DNA from: a virus
Taxonomy: Duplodnaviria > Heunggongvirae > Uroviricota > Caudoviricetes
Virus record (IMG/VR): IMGVR_UViG_3300029615_000411
Location: 183,874-240,696 of that record
Strand: one strand, 5' to 3'
Length of the DNA stretch: 56,823 bases
Shown: in pieces, positions 8,576 through 18,769 of the stretch
Position numbering within the stretch: position 1 is the stretch's first letter
Layout: each line of letters opens with the position of its first letter
Made by a program: the position numbers and the translations under genes
The notes under the pieces: generated by a model
The model's input: only the letters and a program-made list of their open reading frames with translations
What the model was told of the DNA's origin: nothing
Databases searched by the model: none

Positions 8576-11500
8576 ATGACAAAAGACAATGCCGACTACG
8601 GTTTGTATGTGCATTATGTCCGGTCTGCGATTCCTAAATGTCATGGTTATCAGGAGCTTCATGCTCATAGCGAAGCATCGTTTCGTGATGCAGTAAATAA
8701 AGTGGATGACTTTGTGGAAACAGCGAAAGGATACGGCAGACAAGCATTTGCTATAACAGACCACGGGAACCAGATGCGATTGTATCAGGGTATCAAAGCA
8801 AGAACGAAGGACGAGAAAAAGAACCTCGAAGCCGTATTGCAAGAAGCGAATATCCCTGAGGATGAAATCCATAAGATTCTCAAATCGATTGGTGATACAG
8901 ACAGTATCCGCTATCCAACCGATAAGATGTGGCCTTATGTGAAGAAATACTGCAAGCTGTTCTTAAAAGCAGCAGAGAAGAGCATCCAGTTTGTGCCGGG
9001 TATGGAAGCCTATTTCCAGCCGGAAAAGGTCGAGGGGAATCGTGATTCATTCCACCTGATTCTCTACGCAAAGGATTGGAACGGACAGAAAACCCTGTTC
9101 AAACTCGAAAACCTTGCACAGCTGAATAAGAGCCCCAAAGGTAAATGGAACGGTCAGGAAACAGGCGGATTACCGCGTATGACATGGGCTGACTTGGAAC
9201 GCTTTGTTGGTCCCGGAACAGAAGGACATGGGCATTTGATTGCAACGAGCGCCTGTGTCGGTGGGTATATCCCCTACCTGATTCTTCGTCCATGGTACAT
9301 TGCCAATAAGCAGCACGCGATTTCGATGGCGCTGGCAAAGCTTGGTGATGCTTACACGGAAGAAGATGTCAAACAGGCAGAACAAGACCTCGTGGATGCA
9401 AAGGAAAAGGCAGCAAAGGCAAAAGCTGACCTGCGTGACCTGAAAAAACTGAGCGGAAAAGACTACGAAAAGAAAAAAGCTCAGCTTGAAAAGAAAATTG
9501 AAAAGCTGAAAGCTGTTGTCGGTGACTTTGAAAACGGAACTGAACAGTCAGCAGTTCTGGACGAAAACATCGATGAAAACGATAAGAATGCAAAAAAGCG
9601 GGCTGACCTGAAAAAAGCGGTAATTACTTTAAGGGCGGTTATCGAAGAACAGGAAAAAGCAGAGCAACTCATTGCTCGTGAAGCAGAAATCAAGGCAGAA
9701 GCAGAACAAGCGCCGAAACGCCTTGCCTGTGCAAAAGAACGGTTAGCTGAGGTCGAAAAAGGTGCGCGGCCCTATATCAAGCAGATGGGAAAATACCGTG
9801 CATTGGAAGCTGAAAAAGTCGATTCAGAGCAGGCATATCAGGATGCTGTGACAGCAGCAAAACGGATGGAATCCATCTTTGGTCATGAAAACTTCTACAT
9901 CGAATTGCAGAACCATGGTATTGCGTCAGAAGACTACGCACGACCCTATCTGTATCGCTTAATCAAAGAAACCGGGATTGAGCCGACAGTAGCCAATGAT
10001 GTGCATTTCAAAACGAAAGATGATGTGCGAAAACGGAATCTGATTGCATCGCTTCGGTTCAATACACCGTTGGCAGAAAAGGAAACCGAAGAAGGACTGA
10101 CAGAACTATACTTCAAATCTGATGAGGAAATGAAGGCGCTGGCAAAGCCTGATGATGCGATTTGGCAAAGGGGCATGGAGAACACAGCCGTGATTGCCAG
10201 AAGCTGTAATGTGTATTACAGCTACGGAATGCACCTGCCTGAGTTCGATGCTCATGCAGCAGGATGTGAGACAGCCCTTGAATACCTCGATAAGTTTTGC
10301 CGGAAAATGATTCCGCAGAAATATCCGAAACGCGATATGCCGGATGACAAGTACGCAGAGCTTATGAAAACTGTCGATGAGCGCTTGAAATACGAGCTGT
10401 CTGTCATTGAAAAGATGGGCTACAGCTCTTATATCGCAATCGTCCAAGACTTCATTTTCTACGGAAGAAAGATTGGTGGAGAAGCGGCAATCGGGCCGGG
10501 TCGTGGTTCAGCGGCTGGTTCTATCGTCTGCTATCTTGCAGACATTACCGACATTGACCCTCTTCGCTATGACTTGATTTTCGAACGATTTTTGAACCCG
10601 GAACGCGTATCGATGCCGGATATCGACACTGACCTCGCTCCGTTTGTGCGAGGGAAAGTTATCAATTATGTCGCAAACAAATACGCGTACAAAGACCCCT
10701 ACCCTGTCGATGAACTCCGCAGTACCGTTTGCAACATCGTCACGGAGGGAAAGCTTGCCGCAAAAGCTGCTGTAAGAAATGTTGCCCGTATCACGGACGT
10801 CCCGCTGGATACTGCCGACATGGTAGCGAAAATGATACCGGCAAAGCCGAAAATGACCATCAAGAAGGCAATGGAAGAAAATCCTGACCTTGCGACACAA
10901 TACAAAAACAATCTTACGGTAAAGCATCTGCTGGACGATGCCATGCTTGTAGAAGGTATCCCCGTTCAGACCGGTGTTCACGCCGCTGGTGTCATCATCG
11001 CAGATAAACCGGTCTCTGAATATGCTCCCCTGCTCTGGAATGACGAAAAGAATTGCTGGGTCATTGAGAGCGATATGGTTGAGTGCGAGAAAACCCTCGG
11101 ATTGCTGAAAATGGATTTCCTTGGTCTTGAAAACTTGGATATCTTGAACCTTGCTCTCAAATACATTAAGACGACCAAAAAGGTTGCTGTTCATTTTCAC
11201 GACATCAACAAAGCGGATGACTTGAATGTTATAAGAGATATCTATGCCTGCGGTCGTACGAATGGCGTTTTCCAGTTCGAAAGCGACGGCATTAAGAAAG
11301 CACTTACGGGATTCAATCCGACTTCGATTGACGATGTGATTCTTATGAACGCCGCATATCGTCCCGGTCCGATGGATTCTATTCCTGAAATCACAGAAGT
11401 CAAGAACGGAACGGAGAAGCCGAACTATATCATTCCGCAGATGGAACAGATTCTTGGCAAGACCTATGGCAGCGCTATTTATCAGGAACAAATCATGCAG

Positions 11501-12715
11501 TTGTTCCAGCTTGTCGGGTTTAGTCTTGGTGAGGCTGATGTGATACGCAGAGCCATGTCCAAGAAACACCTTGATGAAATCGAGGCCGCAAAAGATAAAT
11601 TTGTGTCCGGCATGATTGAGCAAGGCGGTAAACCAGCTGATGTGGAGAAGTTCTGGATTCGTCTGCTTGCATTCGCTTCTTATGCATTCAATAAAAGCCA
11701 TGCAGCAGCATACAGTATCGTCTCCTACTATACGGCATTTCTTAAATATTATTTCCCGTGCGAATATCTCTCTGCGCAGTTGAGTTATACGCCGGAAAAA
11801 TTGAAGCTGTTTCTGTCTGACCTGAAATATGCAGGACTTACACTCCTTCAACCCGATATCAATTCCGGTGTTCCGAACTTTGCTCCGATGCCGGGAAACA
11901 ACAAGCAGATTCGTTTTGGCATCAAGGCTATAAAGGGTGTTTCTGCAGCAGCACAAATCATTTACGATTTGCGGGATACGAAAAAATCTAACCCTAACGC
12001 ACATCATCTTGGCCCCTGTAAAGACTATAAAGATTTCATTGTTCGCTCTATTGTATATGGCGTAGATATGGGTGTATGTACCGCTCTGGTTCGTGCCGGT
12101 GCATTGGATTGCCTTATGCAGGACGGCGAGACACGCAGGCAATTTGACGAAGCGCTTGCTCCTGCTTGCGAAAGCTGTAAAAAGGCAATGAAGTCTGCCA
12201 TAAAAGAGGACGAAACTCTTGCGGGAGATAATCTTTATCGTCATCTTATGGATAGTTGGGAATTGCCGGATGAATGTATCCAGCAAAAAGAAGAATACGA
12301 CATTGACACAAAACTCGGATACGAACTCGAATTGTTAGGGGCTTATGTCTCCGGTACTCCTGTTCAGCCTTACCTGTCTGTCATCACAAAATCCGTAAAC
12401 AGAGACAGAGCAATCGGTGAACTTACCCTTAACGACAGGGGTAGAACGGACATCGCAGGGCGTATCCGCGACTTCAAAATCATTTACAGGAAATCCGACC
12501 ACGCTCCTATGGCAAAATTCATGCTGGATGACGAAACGGATTCCATTTCGTGTGTTGCCTTTACTGGAGCATATGCGACATTTGGTTATCTGCTGAAAGA
12601 CGGTGCGGTTGTATCACTCAGCGGAACTCCCAAATTCGAAACCAACGATGACGGTGATACCATTGTTCGCAAAGAATACCGCGTGAAGACCGTTAAGAAT
12701 CTTCTTTCAGAATAA
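8576..12715 (+). CDS. dnaE: DNA polymerase III alpha subunit
   Basis: PHP motifs (LHAHS, AITDHG, NDVHF), GPGRGSAAGS, FERFLNPERVSMPDIDTD, HAAGVII, KMDFLGL, YAFNKSHAAAY, C-terminal OB fold. Confidence 0.97.
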   Translation: MTKDNADYGLYVHYVRSAIPKCHGYQELHAHSEASFRDAVNKVDDFVETAKGYGRQAFAITDHGNQMRLYQGIKARTKDEKKNLEAVLQEANIPEDEIHKILKSIGDTDSIRYPTDKMWPYVKKYCKLFLKAAEKSIQFVPGMEAYFQPEKVEGNRDSFHLILYAKDWNGQKTLFKLENLAQLNKSPKGKWNGQETGGLPRMTWADLERFVGPGTEGHGHLIATSACVGGYIPYLILRPWYIANKQHAISMALAKLGDAYTEEDVKQAEQDLVDAKEKAAKAKADLRDLKKLSGKDYEKKKAQLEKKIEKLKAVVGDFENGTEQSAVLDENIDENDKNAKKRADLKKAVITLRAVIEEQEKAEQLIAREAEIKAEAEQAPKRLACAKERLAEVEKGARPYIKQMGKYRALEAEKVDSEQAYQDAVTAAKRMESIFGHENFYIELQNHGIASEDYARPYLYRLIKETGIEPTVANDVHFKTKDDVRKRNLIASLRFNTPLAEKETEEGLTELYFKSDEEMKALAKPDDAIWQRGMENTAVIARSCNVYYSYGMHLPEFDAHAAGCETALEYLDKFCRKMIPQKYPKRDMPDDKYAELMKTVDERLKYELSVIEKMGYSSYIAIVQDFIFYGRKIGGEAAIGPGRGSAAGSIVCYLADITDIDPLRYDLIFERFLNPERVSMPDIDTDLAPFVRGKVINYVANKYAYKDPYPVDELRSTVCNIVTEGKLAAKAAVRNVARITDVPLDTADMVAKMIPAKPKMTIKKAMEENPDLATQYKNNLTVKHLLDDAMLVEGIPVQTGVHAAGVIIADKPVSEYAPLLWNDEKNCWVIESDMVECEKTLGLLKMDFLGLENLDILNLALKYIKTTKKVAVHFHDINKADDLNVIRDIYACGRTNGVFQFESDGIKKALTGFNPTSIDDVILMNAAYRPGPMDSIPEITEVKNGTEKPNYIIPQMEQILGKTYGSAIYQEQIMQLFQLVGFSLGEADVIRRAMSKKHLDEIEAAKDKFVSGMIEQGGKPADVEKFWIRLLAFASYAFNKSHAAAYSIVSYYTAFLKYYFPCEYLSAQLSYTPEKLKLFLSDLKYAGLTLLQPDINSGVPNFAPMPGNNKQIRFGIKAIKGVSAAAQIIYDLRDTKKSNPNAHHLGPCKDYKDFIVRSIVYGVDMGVCTALVRAGALDCLMQDGETRRQFDEALAPACESCKKAMKSAIKEDETLAGDNLYRHLMDSWELPDECIQQKEEYDIDTKLGYELELLGAYVSGTPVQPYLSVITKSVNRDRAIGELTLNDRGRTDIAGRIRDFKIIYRKSDHAPMAKFMLDDETDSISCVAFTGAYATFGYLLKDGAVVSLSGTPKFETNDDGDTIVRKEYRVKTVKNLLSE

Positions 12716-12757
12716 AAAAAGACCGTTCCTCATTTCGAGGAACGGTCTTTGCTTTTT
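12716..12757. terminator. Bidirectional terminator
   Basis: AAAGACCGTTCCTC-ATTTC-GAGGAACGGTCTTT between convergent genes. Confidence 0.85.
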
Positions 12758-12762
12758 GTGAG

Positions 12763-13422
12763 TTACTGTGCCTGTGTATCAGTGGGCTGCTGGGGCTGCT
12801 GCGGAGCAGTTTCCTGCACAGGAGCCTGATAGGTAGGCTGAGGATTTGCAGGCTGCTGAGGCTGCGCATTGGGGTTCTGGTAGCGCATATTGGGAGCCTG
12901 TTGAGGTTCCGCTGAGGGCTGAGTATAAGTGGTTTGAGTGCTCTTTTGTTCCGCTTTACGGTTATCGTATTTGACCTTCAACTGGTCATAAGAGTAACCG
13001 TCCTGCGGAATGCCGAGATACTGGTAGTTGCCCAAACCGAGAATCATATTGAAGATGGGGCTGACGAGAACCAGACCAATCGTGAAACCAATACCCTGAC
13101 CAAAAGCAACCGCTTTCTTGTACTGGGTGATGACGTTAATGACTACACCGGCAATGACGAGCAGTGTGCCGAGCAGCGGGATAAAGCCGAGCAGGCCCAG
13201 AACGAGCGGGACCAAAAAGAGCCAGCCGTTGCCCCAATAAATCTTGAACGCAATGTAAGATTTATAGAACGGAACGATAGATGCCCAACCCGGCTGATTG
13301 GCTTTCGTGAAGATTTTCCAGTTCGCGACGATGTTGATGACGAAGAATGCCAGAACGAGCAGCCAGATGGTACTAAAAATACCGAGAATGGCATTCAGAG
13401 CCGCAGTTTCTGCTGAATACAT
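12763..13422 (-). CDS. Membrane protein (DUF5684-like) with Gln/Pro tail
   Basis: WKIFTKANQPGWASIVPFY motif and several hydrophobic segments. Confidence 0.8.
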   Translation of the reverse strand: MYSAETAALNAILGIFSTIWLLVLAFFVINIVANWKIFTKANQPGWASIVPFYKSYIAFKIYWGNGWLFLVPLVLGLLGFIPLLGTLLVIAGVVINVITQYKKAVAFGQGIGFTIGLVLVSPIFNMILGLGNYQYLGIPQDGYSYDQLKVKYDNRKAEQKSTQTTYTQPSAEPQQAPNMRYQNPNAQPQQPANPQPTYQAPVQETAPQQPQQPTDTQAQ

Positions 13423-13450
13423 ACATATTCCTCCTTCTTGTATGTAGGTG

Positions 13451-13523
13451 AAAAAATGCTGAAACCAAACAGTTTCAGCCCGTTTTGTGACTCAAGTATA
13501 TTTACTTTGCAGCAAACAGCAAG
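13451..13523 (-). promoter_or_regulatory. Class-2 promoter (TTTGCTGCAAAGT spacer) plus leader terminator
   Basis: TTGCTG-TTTGCTGCAAAGTAAA-TATACT, then hairpin GCTGAAAC/GTTTCAGC and a T-run before the gene. Confidence 0.7.
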
Positions 13524-13713
13524 AAAAATTGCGCAAAAAAAAAGAAGCTGCTCCCCACAAGCAGCTCCTTTCCCAAAACAATTTCGTTAGAAATAGTCTT
13601 GTATTTATAATAACAGCATTAACAGTATGCTGATTTATGCCATGAATGGCTCATAATGGTCTCTATACATAGACCTTGTATTTACGCCTCTCAAATAGGC
13701 TCAGTATACTGGC

Positions 13714-14257
13714 TCAGAACCAGCCAGTGCCATCGTCGTTATCCTGCTGAACCTCGACTTCACCGGGGCAAATCCAGTAAACCGTGTTTGACACGGTCTG
13801 GAGCAGGATGCCATCGACAATGCGCCTAGGCATCTTCGAAGTCTGCTTACTGCTAAGCGCCTCTTTGAATTCCGAGTAAGACATGTCGGGGATGACACCT
13901 TTGCATGGACGGACACGTCGGATTTTGCTTCCAGAAAAGCCCATCATAACGTGGTCGTTATCATCACCAATAATGGTTTTGATTTGCCCATCGCCGTCAA
14001 TGCCGACAAAAGCATTGAAGAACATGACCTGATGACCGTCGCTGACACCTCCGACGATAACCTTTTCACCGTTGATTTCACAGTGCTTGGCGTTACGGTA
14101 AACCGCAACAGCCGAGCCGATGAAACCGGGTTTCATAAGGTCTTCGGGGGCGAAGGAGAACTGTGCGACGGACTTCCAATCCTTGACGTAAGCGCCAACA
14201 GCGTTTGCAGTGGAACGGAGACCGGTGTAGGGGACAAAAAATGGAATTGGTAGACAT
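13714..14257 (-). pseudogene. Hypothetical protein with one extra T in a T6 run near its 5' end
   Basis: ATG 14257 with RBS AAAGAGG is out of frame by one T (A6 at 14236-14241) with the open frame FVPYTGLRSTANAVG...MKPGFIG. Confidence 0.6.
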
Positions 14258-14360
14258 AAAAATACCTCTTTCTTATTTTATTTAAAGATAGTTTTCTTAT
14301 GTATCCTTAGCCAAATCACTTCGGCCAATCTCACCCGTGGAAGGTGATTTAATACTCAAA

Positions 14361-14497
14361 AAACAAAAAAGCCGCAATCTCGGTAGAGATAGCGACTTAG
14401 TCGATTTTTATAACCAATTTAGACGTATGTGGGGTACGTCGAAACTTTTTATTTATGAGTATGATTTAATAATATTAACTTTGCAGCAATTAGCAAG
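14361..14497 (-). promoter_or_regulatory. Class-2 promoter/leader-terminator module
   Basis: ACTTTGCAGCAA at 14478; AAAATCGA motif; ATCTC/GAGAT hairpin with T-run. Confidence 0.7.
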
Positions 14498-14546
14498 TAT
14501 TTTTTAGAAAAAACAGCCGCCCCATTTCAGGAGCGGCTGAGATTAT

Positions 14547-14972
14547 TTATCGAACGCTAATCGGGAAAACTGCGTAGAAGTTATGATAGCACTCGTAGTT
14601 ATCCGGCTCGGCTTCACCGATACAATAAAGCGGTGCCTCATCAAAAGCGGTACAGTTATCTGCCGTGATGGGTTCGGTGTCACCATGGTCTACGCCATTC
14701 GCCTTATCCTCGGCAAACGCAGCATTAGCTGCCTTGATGGCATCATCCAAAGAGAAGAACGCCTTTTCCAGAATGGAAACAGAGTCGAACTCACTGATAT
14801 TCTCGTTGGAGTAGTGGTTCACCACGACATAAGCTGCTTTTGCGGCCTTGCTCTTAGCCTCTTCGGCCTTTTCGTCAACTTCCGCATAACAGAACATGCG
14901 GTCTTCATCAGGATTGCGGCGATAATGCTCGCAATCAGCACACTTGATATTTTTATTGCAGATATAACCCAT
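14547..14972 (-). CDS. Hypothetical protein with Cys-rich N-terminus
   Basis: RBS AGGAG; CxxC-type N-terminus; acidic C-terminal domain with FxSLDDA motif. Confidence 0.75.
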   Translation of the reverse strand: MGYICNKNIKCADCEHYRRNPDEDRMFCYAEVDEKAEEAKSKAAKAAYVVVNHYSNENISEFDSVSILEKAFFSLDDAIKAANAAFAEDKANGVDHGDTEPITADNCTAFDEAPLYCIGEAEPDNYECYHNFYAVFPISVR

Positions 14973-14987
14973 ATTATTTCTCCTCTC

Positions 14988-15431
14988 TTATGCGAAAAAA
15001 GTCCAATCATCATCAACATCGTCACAATGGCCGCTGATGTAGTCCAGATGTGCGAGCAAATCAGCGTAATACTTTTCCAATGCCGGGTCATAATCAGCAT
15101 CAATACCGATGATGTACTCCATCATCTTGCGGTCAGCCATCTCGATACGACGGCGCTCAGAAACGGTCTTATAGGAACAACTGTTGCTTTTGCGTTTTGC
15201 AACGCAACGATTACGCCATTCCTCGCACTGAGCGTGCCCGTTGTAATAGCTTTTACCGAGCTTGGAAAGCATCTTGCCGTCAGCGATAAAACCGTATTTG
15301 TCACGAAGAACGCGGCTGCGGCGTTTCTTACTGCGGAACGCTTCTTTCCGGCGCTTGCTCCCGGCAGTCTTACGGCTCAGATACTGATTTACGGCGATGT
15401 TGTAAGTATCCTCATAAATTTCAATGTTCAT
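14988..15431 (-). CDS. Hypothetical basic protein
   Basis: Operon position and RBS; shares the AxxK(M/L)MEYIxxID motif with the adjacent gene. Confidence 0.75.
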   Translation of the reverse strand: MNIEIYEDTYNIAVNQYLSRKTAGSKRRKEAFRSKKRRSRVLRDKYGFIADGKMLSKLGKSYYNGHAQCEEWRNRCVAKRKSNSCSYKTVSERRRIEMADRKMMEYIIGIDADYDPALEKYYADLLAHLDYISGHCDDVDDDWTFFA

Positions 15432-15434
15432 ATG

Positions 15435-16091
15435 TTATGCTCCTTCTCGGCAATCCTTGCAACGATTGTCTTCGTAGTTGAACAGCAATCCGAATTCATA
15501 GATGACAGACCAGCAATATTCGCTGGGGTCAATCAAGCGGTAACCGTAAATGGGCCACCACGCATCGTCGTAGCCAATAGTATCGTACACAGACACTTCC
15601 TTGCGCGAGACGGTCTTGATACCGGAGATATAAGCAATAAGCTTCAACTCTTTCAAAGAAAGCCCGTCAAGCATTTCGTGGCCGTGAGCGTACGCCTCAT
15701 CGACGTATTTGCTGTTGCCACACCAATAGAAGAAATGCTGCGCCTTAAGAATGGCCTCAGTCAGTTCGTTGCGATAAGCAGCTTCTTCATCCGTAACATA
15801 ATACGGGCGAGTAGTAGCTGCATCATCGATGCAGAGGATGTATTCCATCAGCTTACAGTTTGCTTCATCAATGGAACGCTGTGCGTTGCGGTTGATGGCA
15901 GGATGGACGAGCTTTTCGTTGCGCTGCTGCTTGTACTGGCAGTGCTTGGCGTGACGCTTTGCGCGAGAGAAGTCCTGCTTACGAGATTTGCTGGTATGAG
16001 ATTTCTTGCGGGTCTTTGCGTTGCGCTCTGCGTCAACACACTCCAGAGCCTTGGAAATCATGTCGTTCAGGGAAATAATAGAGTTCATCAT
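15435..16091 (-). CDS. Hypothetical basic protein
   Basis: RBS AAAGGAG; basic N-terminus; ANCKLMEYILCID motif. Confidence 0.75.
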   Translation of the reverse strand: MMNSIISLNDMISKALECVDAERNAKTRKKSHTSKSRKQDFSRAKRHAKHCQYKQQRNEKLVHPAINRNAQRSIDEANCKLMEYILCIDDAATTRPYYVTDEEAAYRNELTEAILKAQHFFYWCGNSKYVDEAYAHGHEMLDGLSLKELKLIAYISGIKTVSRKEVSVYDTIGYDDAWWPIYGYRLIDPSEYCWSVIYEFGLLFNYEDNRCKDCREGA

Positions 16092-16122
16092 AATTTTTTC
16101 TCTCCTTTTTGATGGTTCATTG

Positions 16123-16234
16123 CAAACAAAATACCGCCATCTCTTATGAGATAGCGGTATATCGATTTTGAATTTTGCTTGTGCTTTTTATTTTTAGGAT
16201 ACCCTAAGTATATTTACTTTGCAGCAAAAATCAA
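16123..16234 (-). promoter_or_regulatory. Class-2 promoter/leader-terminator module
   Basis: Palindrome at 16216, TATACT, leader ...TTCAAAATCGATATACCGCTATCTC-ATAA-GAGATGGCGGTATTTTGTTTG. Confidence 0.85.
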
Positions 16235-16235
16235 A

Positions 16236-17003
16236 TCACTTATAAAACTGGGCAATTTTCTTTGCGAGATAGACCTGTCCTTTGGGCGTGATAAGGGTCT
16301 TGTGCGATGTGCGAGCACTGTTCCCGATATAGTACACGCTCTCGATGGTTTTAAACAGACCGAGCTGATTCTTATCGGCGTACTTCTGATACGGCATATT
16401 GTTGCTGTCGAGATACTTCTGTTCACGGAGCCATGCAAAGAGTCTATTGCGGCCGATGCTAATCTTGTTGTTGCTCAGATACTTCGCGAACTCACCAATC
16501 TCGATGCAGTTGGTAGCTGCTGTGACGGCGTGATGGAAGTCTACGCTTTCCTTCTGAACACCAATGATTTTATCCTGACGCTTAACCGCTTCCAGAGATG
16601 TGACAAGCAGCTCTTTCGTCTTTTCGTCCGTGTTAGGGAGCCACTCATTCACAAAAACGACCGGGTCATTGACATAGCCGCCTGTTGCACGGATTGTCGG
16701 CAGCAACTCATCGAAAACCCACTTCTCGAACATTTCTGCGTCGGGTTTATGGGAACCGCAAATCAGACGGTACACGTTGCCCTCGGAGATAAACTTCATG
16801 ATTCGCGGAACGCCATTGCAGTCAACGTGGCTCGATGTGATGCCATCCTGACGGCAATGCAGGTTGAGCTCACGGGATACGTTTGCGTATCCCAATGCAG
16901 AGCAGATATCGTTGGCGCAGAAATAAAACTTATTATTGTCTTCGATGATGTGCAGCTCGCCGAAAATTTCTGACAAAAAGACCTTTGGAATATGATGATA
17001 CAT
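16236..17003 (-). CDS. BRO-N / KilA-C (ANT) antirepressor-like DNA-binding protein
   Basis: FCANDICSALGY, FISEGNVYRLI, WVFDELLPTIRATGGY (BRO-N); IGRNRLFAWLRE, TLITPKGQVYL (ANT). Confidence 0.9.
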   Translation of the reverse strand: MYHHIPKVFLSEIFGELHIIEDNNKFYFCANDICSALGYANVSRELNLHCRQDGITSSHVDCNGVPRIMKFISEGNVYRLICGSHKPDAEMFEKWVFDELLPTIRATGGYVNDPVVFVNEWLPNTDEKTKELLVTSLEAVKRQDKIIGVQKESVDFHHAVTAATNCIEIGEFAKYLSNNKISIGRNRLFAWLREQKYLDSNNMPYQKYADKNQLGLFKTIESVYYIGNSARTSHKTLITPKGQVYLAKKIAQFYK

Positions 17004-17134
17004 ACGTTAATCATCCAAATCATGACCTAACAAAACGTTATGTCACCCCTGTTTTTTGACGATGATACGATACTAAACTTTTGAAAAACTTTGTAAAACA
17101 CTACGGAGAAACCACATCCTTTCAATTATTTGAA

Positions 17135-17248
17135 CAAACAAAAATACCGCCACCTCTTATGAGATAGCGGTATATCGATTTTGAATTTTGTTTGTTGCTT
17201 TTATTTTTTCGATGACTTCAGTATATTGACTTTGCAGCAAATAACAAG
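17135..17248 (-). promoter_or_regulatory. Class-2 promoter/leader-terminator module
   Basis: Palindrome at 17229; near-identical to the 16123-16234 module. Confidence 0.85.
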
Positions 17249-17262
17249 ACGATTTTGGCGAA

Positions 17263-18117
17263 TTATGGATGCAATGTATAGCAAACGCAGGAAAAAAAAT
17301 ACAAGACATAAACATGAATGGGATAGAACCAATAGAATAGTTGTTTGCATCCTCTTCCTTTCTTCCCGTTATAAAGGAAAAAGAAAACCACTGTGAAAAC
17401 ACTGAGCCACTGGCAATAGTTCAGGTCTGTAACAAGCTTACTCCATGTAAACGCAGGGTCGTTTGCAGACCACAACCATCCACGAAACAGGACCTGCATA
17501 GAAAGAGAAGCGATGATATAGGCAATACATTGTGATTTTCGATTATCTTTAAATATATAAAGGACGATACCAACAACAATGTATGGTAACCCGCCATCTG
17601 CCAGAGTGCCCCAATTTGGGAGAAAAGAATGATTAGCTAAAACAAAAAAATGATGAAGGCTGTTTATCGAAATAAGCATTTCGGCGATACAGCCATACCA
17701 AAACGGAAGAAATACAGCAATAATTCCTTTTGCTGTTTGTCCTTCTTTTACCCAGTCTATTCCCTGCCAGATGATACAAAGGATAACGAGGTTTAAAAGG
17801 ATGCCGTTGATTGGATAAAAGCCATCTCTTCGAAGCAAAAGGCCATGATAAGACATCAGATGGTAGATAATGCCCATCCCGACTGCCATCATATAAACCC
17901 GTAGAAAATACTTTATTCGAGAACGAGTATGACTGAATCCTTCTACCATACAAAAAAGAAACAGGTATGCGGATAAACGCCCAATAACGAAGAAAACACC
18001 CGGCACTTTTCCGGTGAATTCAAAGAAATAATGAATATGGTCAATCAGCATGAAAAGCAATGCCAATAATTTGAGCTGTGTGCCATCAAGGAATAGTCTT
18101 TTAGTCAACAAAATCAT
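17263..18117 (-). CDS. traX: TraX-family membrane protein
   Basis: LKLLALLFMLIDH, IGRLS, YNGKKGRG.K.LFYWFYPIH motifs; class-2 promoter variant at 18129-18157. Confidence 0.8.
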   Translation of the reverse strand: MILLTKRLFLDGTQLKLLALLFMLIDHIHYFFEFTGKVPGVFFVIGRLSAYLFLFCMVEGFSHTRSRIKYFLRVYMMAVGMGIIYHLMSYHGLLLRRDGFYPINGILLNLVILCIIWQGIDWVKEGQTAKGIIAVFLPFWYGCIAEMLISINSLHHFFVLANHSFLPNWGTLADGGLPYIVVGIVLYIFKDNRKSQCIAYIIASLSMQVLFRGWLWSANDPAFTWSKLVTDLNYCQWLSVFTVVFFFLYNGKKGRGCKQLFYWFYPIHVYVLYFFSCVCYTLHP

Positions 18118-18180
18118 CTCCTGAATTTATTGTAGCTACTATGCAGCAAATCTGAAGTTGTTTGTGCAGTTTTTGCAAAA

Positions 18181-18210
18181 GAAAAAACCGCCTGCCAAAT
18201 GGCAGACGGC
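18181..18210 (-). terminator. Terminator downstream of CRISPR array 1
   Basis: GCCGTCTGCC-ATTT-GGCAGGCGG followed by TTTTTT. Confidence 0.8.
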
Positions 18211-18251
18211 GTGATAGTAAAAGTTAAGACATAGATGTGGCGGTATCTGCA

Positions 18252-18422
18252 ATTTCAATCTAACGCAACCCGTGTGGGTTGCAACATGTCTGGCAAACGC
18301 AGGACAGGAAATACAAAACATATTTCAATCTAACGCAACCCATGCGGGTTGCAACTATGCCCGGTTTCGGCTCGGACATTCTCCACTGATTTCAATCTAA
18401 CGCAACCTGTGTGGGTTGCAAC
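18252..18422 (-). CRISPR. Type I-C mini-array 1 (3 repeats, 2 spacers)
   Basis: 34-nt repeats GTTGCAACCC(A/G)CA(C/T)(G/A)GGTTGCGTTAGATTGAAAT at 18252, 18322 and 18389; spacers of 36 and 33 nt. Confidence 0.95.
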
Positions 18423-18597
18423 AGCAAACTTGCACAAATGAAGCAACGAGTTGTCATGCATTTTGTACAATATTTGTCTGTTTTTTTTGACCAAACAATA
18501 TGGTCAGATACTACTTACTGCAATGGAATCATATCCTTTCATCATATTATTTGGTGCGAAGCAGCCAGTAAAATTATGTTTACTTGCTATTCGCACC
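18423..18597 (-). promoter_or_regulatory. CRISPR leader (copy 1 of 3)
   Basis: About 175 bp, highly similar to 37133-37305 and 51398-51569, with a GTGCGAA...TTCGCAC inverted repeat. Confidence 0.85.
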
Positions 18598-18601
18598 TGT
18601 A

Positions 18602-18715
18602 GCAAACAAAAATACCGTCACCTCGTAATGAGATGGCGGTATGTCGATTTTGAAATATTTGTTTGCTTTTATTTTTGGAATGTATTCAGTATATCTACTT
18701 TGCAGCAAATTACAA
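18602..18715 (-). promoter_or_regulatory. Class-2 promoter/leader-terminator module driving array 1
   Basis: Palindrome at 18697; conserved AAAATCGA and hairpin. Confidence 0.85.
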
Positions 18716-18769
18716 TATTAGTTTCCAAAAAAGCCAAAAACAATCCCGTTTGCGAAGTCAACCAGAGGT

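Noticed and set aside
9300..9850. Intein in DnaE
   Set aside because: No Cys/Ser start block, His-Asn end or LAGLIDADG motifs; the composition is coiled-coil.
10508..12286. Long antisense ORFs (also 3496-4671, 14583-16112, 32725-33837, 42391-43479)
   Set aside because: They are shadows of well-supported genes on the opposite strand, with no motifs or RBS.
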